Assembly (NCBI GenBank): GCA_964036045.1
Contig: OZ038378.1
Coordinates: 193,316,001 to 193,380,000 of the forward strand
Reading direction: 5' to 3'
Origin: Eutreptiella sp. 'Long Island Sound 2002'
Taxonomy: Eukaryota > Protista > Euglenida
Length of the DNA: 64,000 bases
Shown: positions 1-39,369 of the stretch, piece by piece
Numbering within the stretch: the first letter of the stretch is position 1
Layout of the letters: the number at the start of each line of letters is the position of its first letter
Made by a program: the position numbers and the translations under genes
The notes under the pieces: generated by a model
What the model was told of the DNA's origin: nothing
What the model saw: only the letters and a program-made list of their open reading frames with translations
The model's database searches: none

Positions 1-27063
<27,063 letters not shown>

Positions 27064-27134
27064 GGGCCCATGGCGGTGCCTTTATCGTGGGGCGACGGGG
27101 GTGCTGCTGACCGGACGAACTCCCCTGGCGATGG

Positions 27135-27205
27135 CTGAGAGGTGAGGTGGCTCAGCTGCCATAGCACGTGACACCTGGCCAGGGGCTACCGAGTTCGAAT
27201 CCATG
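27135..27205 (+). mobile_element. tRNA-derived SINE-like head
   Basis: A-box-like GGTGGCTCAGCTG and B-box-like GAGTTCGAATCC at tRNA-like spacing; no cloverleaf. Confidence 0.35.
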
Positions 27206-30200
27206 ATGGGGCGTTAACACATACGCCAAGGCGTCCCAGGCACCAGGGTGGCCTCGGTGACCCTGCGAGCTGCGAGGACTGATTGTGGTTCGCTGGCGGA
27301 AAGGCCTTATGCCCTCGATGGCTCTGGTGGTCTGCTGTGCCCGAAGGGGCAGCAAATGATTGACCCACCGCCCCCCTCCCCCTCGACAAAGCCATGGTCG
27401 GTGACGGCGGCCAGCTCGGTTGACTTCCCATCTCCCTGACAACCCCCCCCCCCAATGCCCCAGTGTTTGGTGGGAGGCTGAATGGGGGCAGCATTGGCAT
27501 CGCAGCAGACAACGAGCAGCAGCTGAGCGGAGTGAACCCAAAATGCCCGGCCCAACGCCTAACCCGCCCAATGTGGTCCCTAACCCGCCCAGCGGCCGCA
27601 GAAAGGGACAGGGCCTCGACTCAGACCTTACTCAAGGACACGGGCGAACATCCGCCGGCAGCACATTGCATGGGCCAAGCAACCTACGCATTGGAGCTGC
27701 CGGCAATTCAGGTCGTGGAGAGCAGGCGCGGCGGGAGTCAAGGGCGTGACGGCACCCCATCAACGGCAGCAGGTCATAGAAACGGCACTGCACACCAGTT
27801 GCGGTGCGCGGGATCCGTCTGGCCTTCGTGCAGCAGCCCCCCCCCCCCCCCCCCACCCCCTGCCACCGAAGTCAAGTCAGGGCCGCCCCACTGCTTGCAC
27901 TCCTGTAGAGATGTGGGGCCCGCCGCCACAGCAGAGTGCTTGCACTCCGCACTGAACATTGTTGCCGTGTGGATCCTCAATGTGCTGGTGCCACGACCTG
28001 CCTCCGATGGAGAAACAGAAATGACGGACCAACACAGCGGCTTTGGTGGGCCTTCCCGAGTGGCAAGAGGTTGATTGACGCCGCCAACTGCCGTGAGAGC
28101 AGCAACATCTGAGGGCTTTCCCCCCCCCCCACCACCTTCCCCCCCCCCCCCCCAACCACCCAAGCAAGCCATGCTTTTTTCCGGGTGGGGGGGGGGGGGG
28201 GCTGGGGTTGTACCGGGTGCGTATGCCGGCCTCCGCATATGCCATGCTGACCTTCTGGATGACCCTGATGATACGTGCTCACTTTTCAGGAAAGCCTGAG
28301 GTTGCGGTGGCACACCTGCGGTGAATAGCATTTATTCTTCACCCAATGATGGTTGACGGTTAACCTTTTGAGGGGAAGCGCTTCATTGCCGGACCGGGTC
28401 TGTGCCTTGACACGGGTTGGGCCATGGCAAACCCAAATATGGGGGCCGGGGTGATGGGACGGAGTTCCCTAAGGGACCCCAGCACTTGCTCCCAGGCTGA
28501 ATGTAAGACCTTTATGCGAAAACGACCGAATGCCGGACCCATTGGGGGTTCCTGCGTGTCGGACCGGACCCCCCCCCCCCCCAAAGACCCCCCCCCCACA
28601 CCGACATTGAACGAGGAACAACCCACTGGGGCCCCAGCAGTGCCCGGAACATAGTCTTTGGCCTCAGGGGACCGGGGCACAAAATACCCCTGCCCCATTT
28701 TCGACATGTTCCCCCAATTCTACCCCCATTTGTGTTGAATGGCAAAAGGGCATTGTACCCCCCCCCCCATTCGTGTATGTCCACAATGCTCAGCATGGAA
28801 CGGGGAAAAATGCCCCCCAAAACTCGTGAAAAAATTGCCCCCCCCCCCCCCCCCCCTCCGGACCCCCCTGCGCACGCCTGCGGGGGTTGGGGTCTGGAAC
28901 TGAATAGAACAGCCGGACTCCCGTCAGCTCCGTCCTCCTGGGCTACACAAGAGTGCACACAGCCCGCTGGTGTTCAGGGTGACAAGTGCTTGGGCCGGTG
29001 AGGGCTGGGGTTAAACCGTCGTTCAGCGTTTCCCCCTGTCTGCTAACATCTTGTGACCGATGAAACCGATGTGACTGGGGGCTCAATCCCGGGGCTACTG
29101 GCCAACCAACCCTCAGTCAATCGCCAACCGCCGCAACTGCCACGGGTAACCAACTTCCTCCAATCTCAGTAGGTAAAGACTCCAACCAGTTCAGTGGTTC
29201 CACTGCCCAGCTCGTACACTCCAGATTGGTGGGATCCAATCTTTCGTTGGGCATGACTCGTGACAGGCGCCAGGAGCAGAGCCCAAAGGTCCCTGACACC
29301 GCCCAAAAGCCTACCCAGAGGTCGTGGGTCCGCCCCAGTAACAGTTGACAGGGGTTGCTTCGGGCAACAGCAGCTCAGCTGCCGTTGGCACGCCGTGGCA
29401 ATAGTGGGAACGGGTGGAGCCTGTTGCGGACAGCAAACCTGAGCCCCCTTGACCTGATGGACGGTGAAGGTGTGGGGTTAAGGACAAGGCAATGCCCTTA
29501 CCCCAGCCTGCAGGCAGAGCAACACGAACACCGGAGATCACATGAACAATTTGTGGGCTTGGGATGAACTGAGAATGCATTGAAGGCCGTGTGAAGGCAG
29601 GCGCGGCCAGAGCCCAGGCGCAGGTCCACACCTGACCTTTGAGGGCCCCCTTTTAGTGCTCTCCATGGCCCATTAGACGACACCTCCTCCAGGACCCCCC
29701 CCGGTGTAGCTGATCCTGCTGTTGTCGCTGGACCTCCCTCACCCACTCGATGGGGTAGGCCCCACGCCTGACTCTACCGTGCTCAGCCAACTGGTCAGCC
29801 TGTCCAAGCCCAAACATACCAATGTGGGAGGGCAACCACGGGATGGGAAACAAGTCCCGCTGGTCCCTCACCATTTGCTGCACTGCCTCCCCTGTTTGCC
29901 CCTGTGAAGGTACGCTATGGTACGCAAGAAGGCTTGGTGGTATTGGAATATGATTCTCACCCCACCCCCCTGGAGGCGTGGGAAGGGGCAATGGCGGGAG
30001 CTTGCCTATGAGGGAAACACAAATGTGGTGCAATGCGCAGTGCACACGCGGTGCGTGTGTTTTCGATGTGTGCAGACAACATTTTCTTTCCCCTTCTGCT
30101 TGTTTCTGCACCTCACCACCATCCTCACACTCCCCCTTGGGAGGCATCTATTGTGGGGTTGGGGCCGATGCTCAAATCATGAAGGAATTGGGACCCCCTT

Positions 30201-31106
30201 TCACCAAGATGAAACGTGGTGAGCCATGTGCTGCACCAGGCTCTTATGTCTGAGCGACTGTACCAGAGAGTTCTTCTTCTTCTTCTTCCTCTTTCTATGG
30301 CCCTACCCTAGCAGGGGGTTTGGGCGGCTACAACCACTATTGGTGAGGAGGTAGAGTGGAGGCCTCCATTGTTGTATGGTAACCCCTTGGGCTACCTTGT
30401 TCCTGCCACCCTGAAAATACACAAAAATTCCAGAGATGGGCTGGTAAAAATGCAGGCCCGGTTCAGGGACTGCAAATCTGCAGACAAGGGGTCTGGGCAC
30501 TAACATTCAATAAACAGGGGAGTGTGGGGACCGAAATTGAGCAAAATAGGGGGGTCTGGTGGTTGAATTCCACAAACTGGGAGTCTGGGGTACCCGGTGA
30601 GCCACACCAAGAAGTTGAAATTCTATAGGGACGAGGACCGAATTTCTGTCGCGGGGGGGGGGGGGGGATAACCGGGGGCCTTTGGTACTGAAAATCACCT
30701 CGAAGAGGGTTGTTAGATCAAGCGCAGGCGTGTACGCCATATACCCCCCTTTTTTGGGGTCATTCGCGTAGGATACCCCAAGATATGGTACCAGATGTCC
30801 AACCCCTTGTAAAATCATCATTTCAGGAGAGAAAATGATCCCCCAATGAATTTTTCGATTTTGACCCCCCTACCCCCCCGTACCCGGGTACCCCTTTTTG
30901 GGGGGGGGGGTCAAAACTTCTTTGCGTATTCTGGGTGCTATGTGTGGATTTGGACCCAGGTCCGGGGCAACTTTTTTCTTGTACATGGACCCCCTAACCC
31001 ATGGCGGGGGTCCCGGGTCCGAACTCCGGGTACCCCCGGGCGCCCCCCCCTATGGGCCCTTGCTAGTGAGGACTTAGCCATTTTCATGCTGGATAAGGCT
31101 GTTTAG

Positions 31107-31498
31107 TGACACTTGCAAGATTTCCAAAATTGGACTTTTTCGGAAACCCTTCTGTCGCCCCTGGGATGGGTTTGGGTGATAATTTAGTGACAATACGGGT
31201 ACTTGAGCACCCATGGGGACCCTCATAGTGGCTGCCAAGCCCATATAGCCCCAGCCATGGCCCCCCCAAAAGCCCTGAAATTTGCCGTTGTGTAGGCTGT
31301 TAGGTCACACCTGCAAGATTTCCGAAATTCGCCTTTTTCCGAAACCCTTCTGTTGCCCCTGGGATGGGTTTGGGTGATGATTTAGTGACAGTACGGGTAC
31401 TTGAGCATCCATGGGGACCCACGTAGTGGCCACTAGGCCCGTCTAGCCCGAGCCATGGGCCCCCCAAAAGCTTCAAAATTGCTCTCTGTAGGTGGTTC
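31107..31498. repeat. ~197 bp tandem duplication
   Basis: GCAAGATTTCC...GAAACCCTTCTG...GGGATGGGTTTGGGTGAT...GGGTACTTGAGCA occurs twice in tandem. Confidence 0.8.
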
Positions 31499-31686
31499 AA
31501 TGGCCTTTGGTGTGTGCACAAACTGCCTAAGCAGTTTTCCACCCTCTACAGGTCAAAAATGGAAAATTTTTGCAAAACATTTTTTGGATGTTGTGACCAC
31601 TTACTATGATGAAATATGCTATGTAAAGCATGTGTTAGCCCCCTTTTATGTGTTTTTCACCCTATTTGGGTGTTTGGGGGGGGGCT

Positions 31687-34578
31687 GAAAATCCCTGAAA
31701 ATGATCCGAGCTGCTTCTCGTGTTCACTCGTGGGATATATCTGTACCACCTCCTGATGAATTCATTTATGCTATTTTGCACTTGCATATGATATGCATAT
31801 ATGTTGGGCGTACCCACCTTGCTCTGATTCAACGCCTTCGGAAACACATTACCACTGCCTTGGCACACGCCGAGGACTGTCGGTTACACCAGCTCCTACG
31901 GACCACCAACTTGGAGGACTGGTACATTGTACCTCTACAGGCAGTCTGGGGTAAATTGCCAGCAGCCATTGCTGAGCGGGCCTGGTGGGACAAGTACAGA
32001 CGATGGGCCATCAACGACCTACCGCCTGCAATCCCACATGAAAACGGGAAACCCTGTAAAAAGGTACCACACCGCGCTGTACAAGTATTCCGTAGCCTGT
32101 CTGTTGCAAAGGCTGACAGAGATTTTGTCCGGACTGCTACTCTGCAGAAGGAAGCTGCTAACATTGCACGAGAACTGCAGATTCCTCTTTTCATGCCTGC
32201 ATATGTGAGAGTCCCATACCTCAATGGAGAGCAAAAATCTGCCTTTGCACGCATCATTACCCGCATGCTACGCAGAGTCCAATGCACTTCCTGGGAACGT
32301 CAGGCCCTGAAGTCACGGATCTTCCTAGTGCGCACAGTCCCACACACGACCCGTTCTATTTTTGAACGTCACAGCAACAAGTGTGAGCGAATCGATGTTC
32401 CACCCCCCTGTCACTGTGACGAAATACATCGTGGTATCTGGGAATTAGGGGGCACTGTCACACTGCATCAGGGTCACTTTGCACTTTTGCCTGTCACCCT
32501 GAACTACAAAGAACAGGTGCTACGTTCCAAAGATCCACTCCCTATCCGTGGGGCAGATGCCCGTACCAAGGCTATTTCTGAATGCGTTGCTCTTGCACGC
32601 ATGCTGAATGTCCCGTTTCCTGAGAACTGGGAAGTGTCACTGCCCCAGCATCTTTTTCCTGAAACTGGGAATATGCTGAACTGGGCACAACATATTGCAG
32701 AGCAAGTTTCCACTGTAGCCATTGTTCGTGTCGTTGACAAATTCCCTGGAGCACTGTGGGGCTTTTGCCGCAATTGGATGTGGCAGCAACTACAACAGTT
32801 TCTTTGCAAGGAAAAATACCAGTCACACCACACTTCGCCAAAACAAATCATACAGGGCCTTACTGAACTGCTCACCAGACGCACCTGGTCGGTATCTCGA
32901 GACGCTCGTATGGCACTGCTGTATTTAATTGGCAAGGGAAAGTCACTATGCCTGCCTGCCATCACTTGGCGTCCAATTTGTGCTGTTTCCAGGCCCGTCA
33001 TACCCAGACACCGGCTGCGACTTGCTGCGCGTGCATTTTCATGTTTCTTGCGAGTTTTGACCAGCGAAATTACTGGCTGTTTTCACCACCATCACGTACA
33101 CAGCGTCGCTGCCTGGTACGAATGGCTGGATACCTGGTCGTGTGATTACATCGGTGAAGCCGATTGTAAAGACCAGTTTAATAACGTAGACCCCAAACTG
33201 GTTGTACAGTACCTCCGGGACAGCACAGAATGGCTTAAAACACAACGCAAGTGGCGAGCCACACAAATGTGCTGGTCTATCCATAAGACCGACAAGACAA
33301 TGGATCGTGCTGGCAAAGCCACTGATTTTAACTTTTCTGTCATTACACATGAGGACTTAATTCAACTGATTGAATTCTCCTTGTGTCGCGACAATTTCTG
33401 TTGGGCTGCTGGACAGGTTTGGCAGCGACTTTTCGCCATACCAATGGGCGGATCTTTTAGCGCACAATCCGCCGATCTATATTGTATATGGGCATTCCAC
33501 TTGCACAAGGCACGATCCAGACAATGGGGCGTTTTCAGTACGTCTTCTGGAGGGTATCCTATATGGCGCACTGCCACGGGTCGCCTTATGGCCTTAGCCC
33601 AATTCCGAGACAATATTATTGTAGCTTCTAGAGGCCCACGCGCTGCGGACGCCATGCGCGAAGTGTGCGGTACATTGTCTACGGTGTGGAAGCTACCCGT
33701 ACTTTGCCCCTGCATGGATAAACCTACAGACCAGTGCAAGTCGATGTGCATGACCGGCGAACTTCGTGCCTTAGGCATATGTATGCACCGCGCAAACGGC
33801 CAAGGCTCTTGTGTTGCACATCCATCTGCATTCACTGCCAATTGGTCCCTGAAGCTAGGGCCCCCACTACAGTCTTCCTGGGCCGTACAAGACAGCGCGC
33901 TGGCTAACTTATACACCAGCGTCCTCGTAAATTGTCTTCCTTTTGTTCGCTCCTGGGGGGGTCTACTTCTCAGTTGCGCTGCATGGATCAATATGGGACT
34001 CCTGTGCGGACATTCTACGGCAGTCACACTGCGTGCTGCCCATCGCGCCTTGACACGGGTTGTAGCCCGCACCCCCTATGCCATAGGTCCCAGCCGCAGG
34101 TGTATCGCTTTTCTGATGCCCTCTTTGCCTTCTACGAAACAGCATATCGCCGGCCTAGTGTGCACCTGGCTCAGCCGCTGCGCACATTGGGACGACTACC
34201 GATATGCGTCATTTCATGTTTCACACCCGGGTGGGCATCATGACTGGTGCGCTGATTGGAACACCGACTGGGTTGTGCTACAGAGCATCGCCAACCTCCC
34301 ACCTTCCGGTGGGAGGGGAGGGGAGGGTCTGCTTTTGTCTACCTCATGATATAGTATTGTATGTATGTGCTGCAATTTGATCACTGGCTGATGTTGCCCT
34401 CTTTCCCACGCAAGAAGTCACCTGCACATTCTCCTCACAGACTTTTTGCGAAAGGCGCCTAGGGCCGTCTCGGCTCTTGACAAGCTTTTCCTCTCCTTCT
34501 TGTGATCTGCATGTGCTGCCTGTTGTGCTGATTTCGTCTCAACCAACACACACGTGACAGCTCACACGTCACCATACA
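31687..34578 (+). mobile_element. Penelope-like retroelement with N-terminal GIY-YIG endonuclease (Chlamys/Naiad-type domain order)
   Basis: Single intronless 882 aa ORF; flanked by a GGGGGCT duplication (31680-31686, 34579-34585) within a ~190 bp tandem repeat. Confidence 0.8.
31701..34349 (+). CDS. GIY-YIG endonuclease - CxC linker - reverse transcriptase polyprotein
   Basis: IYAI-x9-YVGRT-x-QRL-x-H, AERAW, AIND (GIY-YIG); PPCHC (CxC); WRPIC, EADCKDQFNNV, AIPMGGSFSAQSADLY, QFRDNII (RT motifs). Confidence 0.85.
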   Translation: MIRAASRVHSWDISVPPPDEFIYAILHLHMICIYVGRTHLALIQRLRKHITTALAHAEDCRLHQLLRTTNLEDWYIVPLQAVWGKLPAAIAERAWWDKYRRWAINDLPPAIPHENGKPCKKVPHRAVQVFRSLSVAKADRDFVRTATLQKEAANIARELQIPLFMPAYVRVPYLNGEQKSAFARIITRMLRRVQCTSWERQALKSRIFLVRTVPHTTRSIFERHSNKCERIDVPPPCHCDEIHRGIWELGGTVTLHQGHFALLPVTLNYKEQVLRSKDPLPIRGADARTKAISECVALARMLNVPFPENWEVSLPQHLFPETGNMLNWAQHIAEQVSTVAIVRVVDKFPGALWGFCRNWMWQQLQQFLCKEKYQSHHTSPKQIIQGLTELLTRRTWSVSRDARMALLYLIGKGKSLCLPAITWRPICAVSRPVIPRHRLRLAARAFSCFLRVLTSEITGCFHHHHVHSVAAWYEWLDTWSCDYIGEADCKDQFNNVDPKLVVQYLRDSTEWLKTQRKWRATQMCWSIHKTDKTMDRAGKATDFNFSVITHEDLIQLIEFSLCRDNFCWAAGQVWQRLFAIPMGGSFSAQSADLYCIWAFHLHKARSRQWGVFSTSSGGYPIWRTATGRLMALAQFRDNIIVASRGPRAADAMREVCGTLSTVWKLPVLCPCMDKPTDQCKSMCMTGELRALGICMHRANGQGSCVAHPSAFTANWSLKLGPPLQSSWAVQDSALANLYTSVLVNCLPFVRSWGGLLLSCAAWINMGLLCGHSTAVTLRAAHRALTRVVARTPYAIGPSRRCIAFLMPSLPSTKQHIAGLVCTWLSRCAHWDDYRYASFHVSHPGGHHDWCADWNTDWVVLQSIANLPPSGGRGGEGLLLSTS

Positions 34579-35023
34579 GGGGGCTCCCAAGGGGTCTAGG
34601 GCACAACCTGCTAATGCAGTTTTCCACCCTCGGCAGCTCAAAAATGGGATTTTTCTGAAACTGATTTTTTTGATACTTTGACCATCTCAAATGATCAAAT
34701 ATCCTATATAAAGCATGTTTTAGCCCCACTTTATGTATTTTTCACCCTATTTGGGTGGGGGGGGGGGGCTCCCAAGGGGTCTACCGCACAACCTGCTGAT
34801 GCAGTTTACCAGCCTCGGCAGCTCAAAAACGGAAATTTTCCGAAACTGATTTTTTTTATATTTATCATCCAAAATGATCAAATATCCTATGTAAAGCCTG
34901 TTTTAGCCCCTCTTTATGTGTTTTTTACACCACTTGGGTGTTGTTGGGGGGGGTGGCTCCCAAGGGGTCCAGGGCACAACCTGCTTATGCAGTTTTCCAA
35001 CCTCGGCAGCTCAAGAATGGTTT
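34579..35023. repeat. ~187 bp tandem repeat (2.3 copies); a related unit lies at 31510-31686
   Basis: GCTCCCAAGGGGTC...GCACAACCTGCT-ATGCAGTTTT...GTAAAGC...TTCACCCTATTTGGG recurs. Confidence 0.8.
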
Positions 35024-36254
35024 TCCCTCTCCCCTCTTCGAGGTGCCTTGCCGAAGGCAATAGAATTTGCGAATATGGGGGGCAAGGGGCAGAGACATGG
35101 AAACTGGGGACTAAAATTGTGTGGCCAAGGAGGTGGGACCTAAATTTGATTGAGAGAAACGGACGAAAGTGAATGACAAACGAACATGAAGCATAATACA
35201 ATCCACTGTCTGAGCTGAATGCATCTTTGGCCTGGCTGAAACTCCAAGAATGGAAGGCAATCGATCCCCACCTGAACCCAGAACCAAAGAGCAGCTGGCT
35301 TCAGCCAAGGATTTCGCCATCTATCTGACGCTCAAACGCCAAGGATGCCTGGAATGCTGCATTGCTTGAAAGGCACCAGCCAGCTTTGGGTAGGATTATG
35401 AATCCATGAATCAAAACCTCCTTTGATCCCACACCACATGCAACAGATATTTTGTGCTGAGCCGGTCGCTCCATGCACAGGAGAGAAGAGAGAAGACAGG
35501 AGGATCAAGGATTCGAATGCTCCCCCCCCCCCCCCCGCTTGCAACCCCCCCCCCCCCCCGCGGGAGACCGTCACTTGGCCCAAAAAGCATACAAAATACT
35601 CGGCGCCAAAGCAAATCACCTCGCAGAGGTTGTTAGATCAAAGCCAGGCAGGCGTTTATAGGGGAAAACACCACATACCCCCCATTTTGGGCCTTTTTGG
35701 GCCTATTCCCCCTACCCCAAGGGGTTGAATCGTTTGTTTAACCCCTTGTAAAATCATTATTTTGTCCAGTAAACGCATCCCCAATGAGTTGTTGGTCCGG
35801 ACCCCCAGCCCCCCCCCATTTGAAACCCAATTTTTTGACGTTTAGCGGGAGGTGGTGGGGGGATGGGGGGGGAGGGGTCAAAAAAAACGACCCCCCTTTT
35901 TTTGGGTCGAAAATCATGAATCTTTTGGGGGTTTTTTTTTTTCGATTTTGAGCCGACAAAGTGTTTCCGGGTCCCGACTCCATGGGGTTGGTATGGAGCG
36001 GAGTGGGACGAGCGCTCATGTGGTTTATGCACTTTTCAGCCATTTTTGCTATGTTGGCGGTTTTGGCGACCTCGGTGACCCGTGGTACCCACTCTGAGGG
36101 GTGTGAGTGGGGATGTTGTGACAGTATATGCCTACTAGGATACGAAAGGACGTTTTTTTGCAGTCTCTAGCCTTGCCCAGGGCCGGTCACAACCCGTGCC
36201 AAAGATGTGAAATGACTGTTTCCACCAATAATGGCTCACATGAGTGAATGGGCC

Positions 36255-36795
36255 GGTACACAACATGCTAATGCAGTTTTTCACCCTAGGCAGCTCAAAA
36301 ATCGAAGTTTTCGAAACATATTTTTTTGATATTGTGACCACACAACATGACCATCCAAGGTATGTAAAGCATGTTTTAGGCCGTATTCATGTGTTTTTCA
36401 CCTTATTTGGGTATTGGGTGCGGGGGGGGGGGTCTCCCAAGGGATTGGTACACAACCTGCTTATGCAGTTTTTCACCCTGGGCACCTCAAAAATCGAAGT
36501 TTTCGAAACTTATTTTTCTGATACCGTGATCACTTAAAATGATATCCAAGCCATGTAAAGCATGTTTTAGGCCGCATTTACGTGTTTTTCACCCTATTTG
36601 GGTATGGGGCGCGCCGGGGGGGGGGGTCAAACAGGATTGGTACACAACCTGCTTATGCAGGTTTTCAACCTATACAGCTCAAAAATCGAAGTTTTCGAAA
36701 CTTATTGTTTTGATATTGTGATCACCTAAAATGACCATCCAAGATACGTAAAGCAGTTTTTAGCCCGTATTTATGTAGTTTTTACCCTATTTTGT
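36255..36795. repeat. ~192 bp tandem repeat (3 copies), same family as 34579-35023
   Basis: ACACAACCTGCTTATGCAG...CTCAAAAATCGAAGTTTTCGAAAC...GTAAAGCA at ~36258, 36450 and 36641. Confidence 0.8.
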
Positions 36796-38088
36796 GTGTG
36801 CGTTGCTTGGGGTAGATTCTCTGCGAGGTGGACTTGCCGAAGGCAATAGAATTTTTTCTTGAGGTTATGCTAGAATTCGGGAGGGGGAGACCGTCACTTG
36901 GTGACCGTCTCCCCTCCCCCCACAGGGAGACCGTCACGCGCTAGGGGGGGGGATTGCAAGTGGCGCGGGGGGGGGGGGGGGGGCAAGGGCATGCACAAAG
37001 GGTTGGATGGAGACAAGATATTTGCACTGTCACTCGATTATCATTATGGACCGCTGGAGGTTTTCTTGGTGACAACACCTCATGCAGAGATAGGTCACAC
37101 ACCCAATCTTGAGTGGTTGTAGTGTCCCAAATTGTGGCAATTTTTCTAAGCCCTCAGTCTGAGAAGGCTGTAACAGAAGGCCCCAACCTAGATCAGAGCC
37201 ATCGTCAATTTTATTGGAGTAGCTGCCTGCAAACTTTGGGGACGGAAGTTTGTGAAGAAGGGGGGTTGCAGGGCGAAATCCTGCAAACAGCAGTTCTAGG
37301 GATGCAAAATCTTTGGCCCAAAGGGGGTGCGATTTGACTAGAGAGATCGAGGGAATCAGGACCTCATTGTGGCTGGAATCACGGCCAAGTATGGTGGTGG
37401 GGCAGTTGAGGGAGATGGTAATGACGGGGTGGCTAAAGACGGTGAGGTCCGTGTGGAAACCTATGCCTCTCCCACCATTTGTGTCAGATGATGATGCTTT
37501 ACATTACCCTATGCTCAAGGACTGATGGTGTTTTGATGCAGGGCATTACCGTGAGCCTTTCCCGGGAGAACCACCTCAAAGGGGAAGACACGAGGGAGGC
37601 AGGGACGGGTCGAAGGGACCGGATCAACGTATCATGATATTGGCACGCCGGGGCGGCTGTCTCACATTCAGATGGTGTCGAGCCGTCCCATGAAGCCCCT
37701 CCACGCGCTGTGAGGCCCGGGCAGCCTTCTACCTGTATTGTGTCGCACTGTGTGAGTCCCTTGCATTGCAGCTTTCCCTTCCGGGTTCTTGTGGACCTTT
37801 TGTACCAACACACGTTTCCCACTGATGCTCCTGCGGCGGGTGTGTATCAGGATGCCGCACACGCGCGCGCACCAGGGCAGTGTTGTGGAGGGGGCAGGGG
37901 GGGGGGTTGTGTATGGAGGCAGTGTACCCCACACCAGACCCACCGCCACGTGAATGCCCCCGTGTCAAAGGGAGTCCCATGTGTTGCATGCTTTGTTGCT
38001 CAATGCCCTCCGAATGCCGCGTTCGCCCCCACGGTGCTGGACCACAGCGATAGGCCCCGCGCAAGTCATCGGGCGCCCCCAGTGAGAC

Positions 38089-39369
38089 ATGCCCACCGAC
38101 GCCAAGGCGGGCACCGTCGTCTCCATAATGCTCGGGTGCCCCGAGGCCCGCTCGGTGCTCTGCCCCACCCTCGTGGCGTGCACCGCCTGCACCCGCCTCT
38201 GCCTCCTGAGCGACGGCTCCGGCATCGCGCGGCACGAGTGCACGCTCCCGCCCCTCACGATCCGGCACAGCCGCCTCGCGCGGTACGTCGCGGAGGCGGA
38301 CTACGTCCTCCTCGCGGTGTGGGTGGGCGGCGCAGCCGACGGCCTCGGGGCCCGGCGCGCCGCGGCGCTGCGGCGGCAGCTGGTGCTGGCGCATGCGCTG
38401 GGGTGCGCCGGGGTGCTGGTGATCTGCACGAGCTCCCCGGGGCTGCACCGGCCGTCGTCCGCTGAAGGGCCGGGGGCGGGACCGGGACCGGGCGGAGAGG
38501 GGCACGGGCCGGGGGCAGTGGGGGAGGGGGCGGGAGGCGCGGGGGGCACTGCGCAGTGGTCCGGGGGCGAGGGTGCGGCGGGGCGCGAGGGCGTGCCGCC
38601 GGCGGACGGGGCCTCCGTTGCCGCCCCCACGCCCCCCTCCCCCACGCGGCTGCAGCTGCAGGCGCTGGTGCGGGAGGCGGGCTTCGGCGACGGGGCCGTG
38701 TGGTGGTGCACGGGCGAGGCCTGGCTGCGGCCGGGGACCCTCCGGCACCTCCGGCCCGTGCCCGTGGACGCCCGCCCGCCTGCGCGCGTGGCCCTGACGA
38801 GCGTGGGCGGGGGCTGGCAGGGCATGCGGCTCGGGGGGCGGCTGTGGTCCGGGGCGCTCAAGATGGGGGACATGGTCGTGGCCGCCCCGGCGCAGCGGGG
38901 CCACACAACGACGGGGCAGCTGACGTACCTGTACAACGGGGGGCAGATGGGCGACGGCCGGGCGGGCGCCGGGGCGCTGGTGGACTTCGAGGTCGCGAAC
39001 AGTGGCACGGCGCGGCATCTGCGGAAGGGGCAGTTGCTGGGGCTGATCAAGGACGCGCCGCCCGTCTCCGCCCGCGCCATCAGGGGCCGGGTCCAGGTCG
39101 TGCCGCCGGCGCCAGCGGACGGGGCCGCGGCCCCCGCGGGCGCGGCGGGTGGCAGGGGCCTCCGCGTGGGGCAGAGTCTGTTGTTGTGCGCGCACGCGGC
39201 GCGGGTGCAGGTGCGCGTGGCGGCGCTGGCGGCGCCTGGGCCTGGGGAGCGTGCGCCGTGCCGGCTGGAGCCCGGGGAGGCGGGGGTGGTGGTGCTTGTA
39301 CTGGCGCGGAAGGCAGCCATGGAGGTGGTGGCGGACTACCCGCGCCTCGGACGGTTCGTTCTCATGCAG
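38089..39369 (+). CDS. Gene 2 exon 1: divergent EF-1alpha/HBS1-like protein, degenerate G domain plus domains II/III
   Basis: ADYVLLAV~ADCAVLIV, RRQLVLAHALGC~REHALLAYTLGV, LKMGDMV, LRKGQLLG, LEPGEAGVV...DYPRLGRFVLMQ~LKSGDAAIV...DYPPLGRFAVRD. In-frame TGA and an AG lie just upstream of the ATG; donor GTGTGT at 39370. Confidence 0.75.

Noticed and set aside
34350-34578. Hammerhead ribozyme in the PLE 3' region (CTGATG...GAAA)
   Set aside because: The core is CTGATGT rather than CTGANGA and I could not build the three stems; Chlamys-type elements reportedly lack canonical hammerheads. An Infernal search would be decisive.
37040-37660. Possible decayed LINE 3' fragment (CPKLWQFF...)
   Set aside because: Multiple stops and only one weak motif; insufficient evidence.
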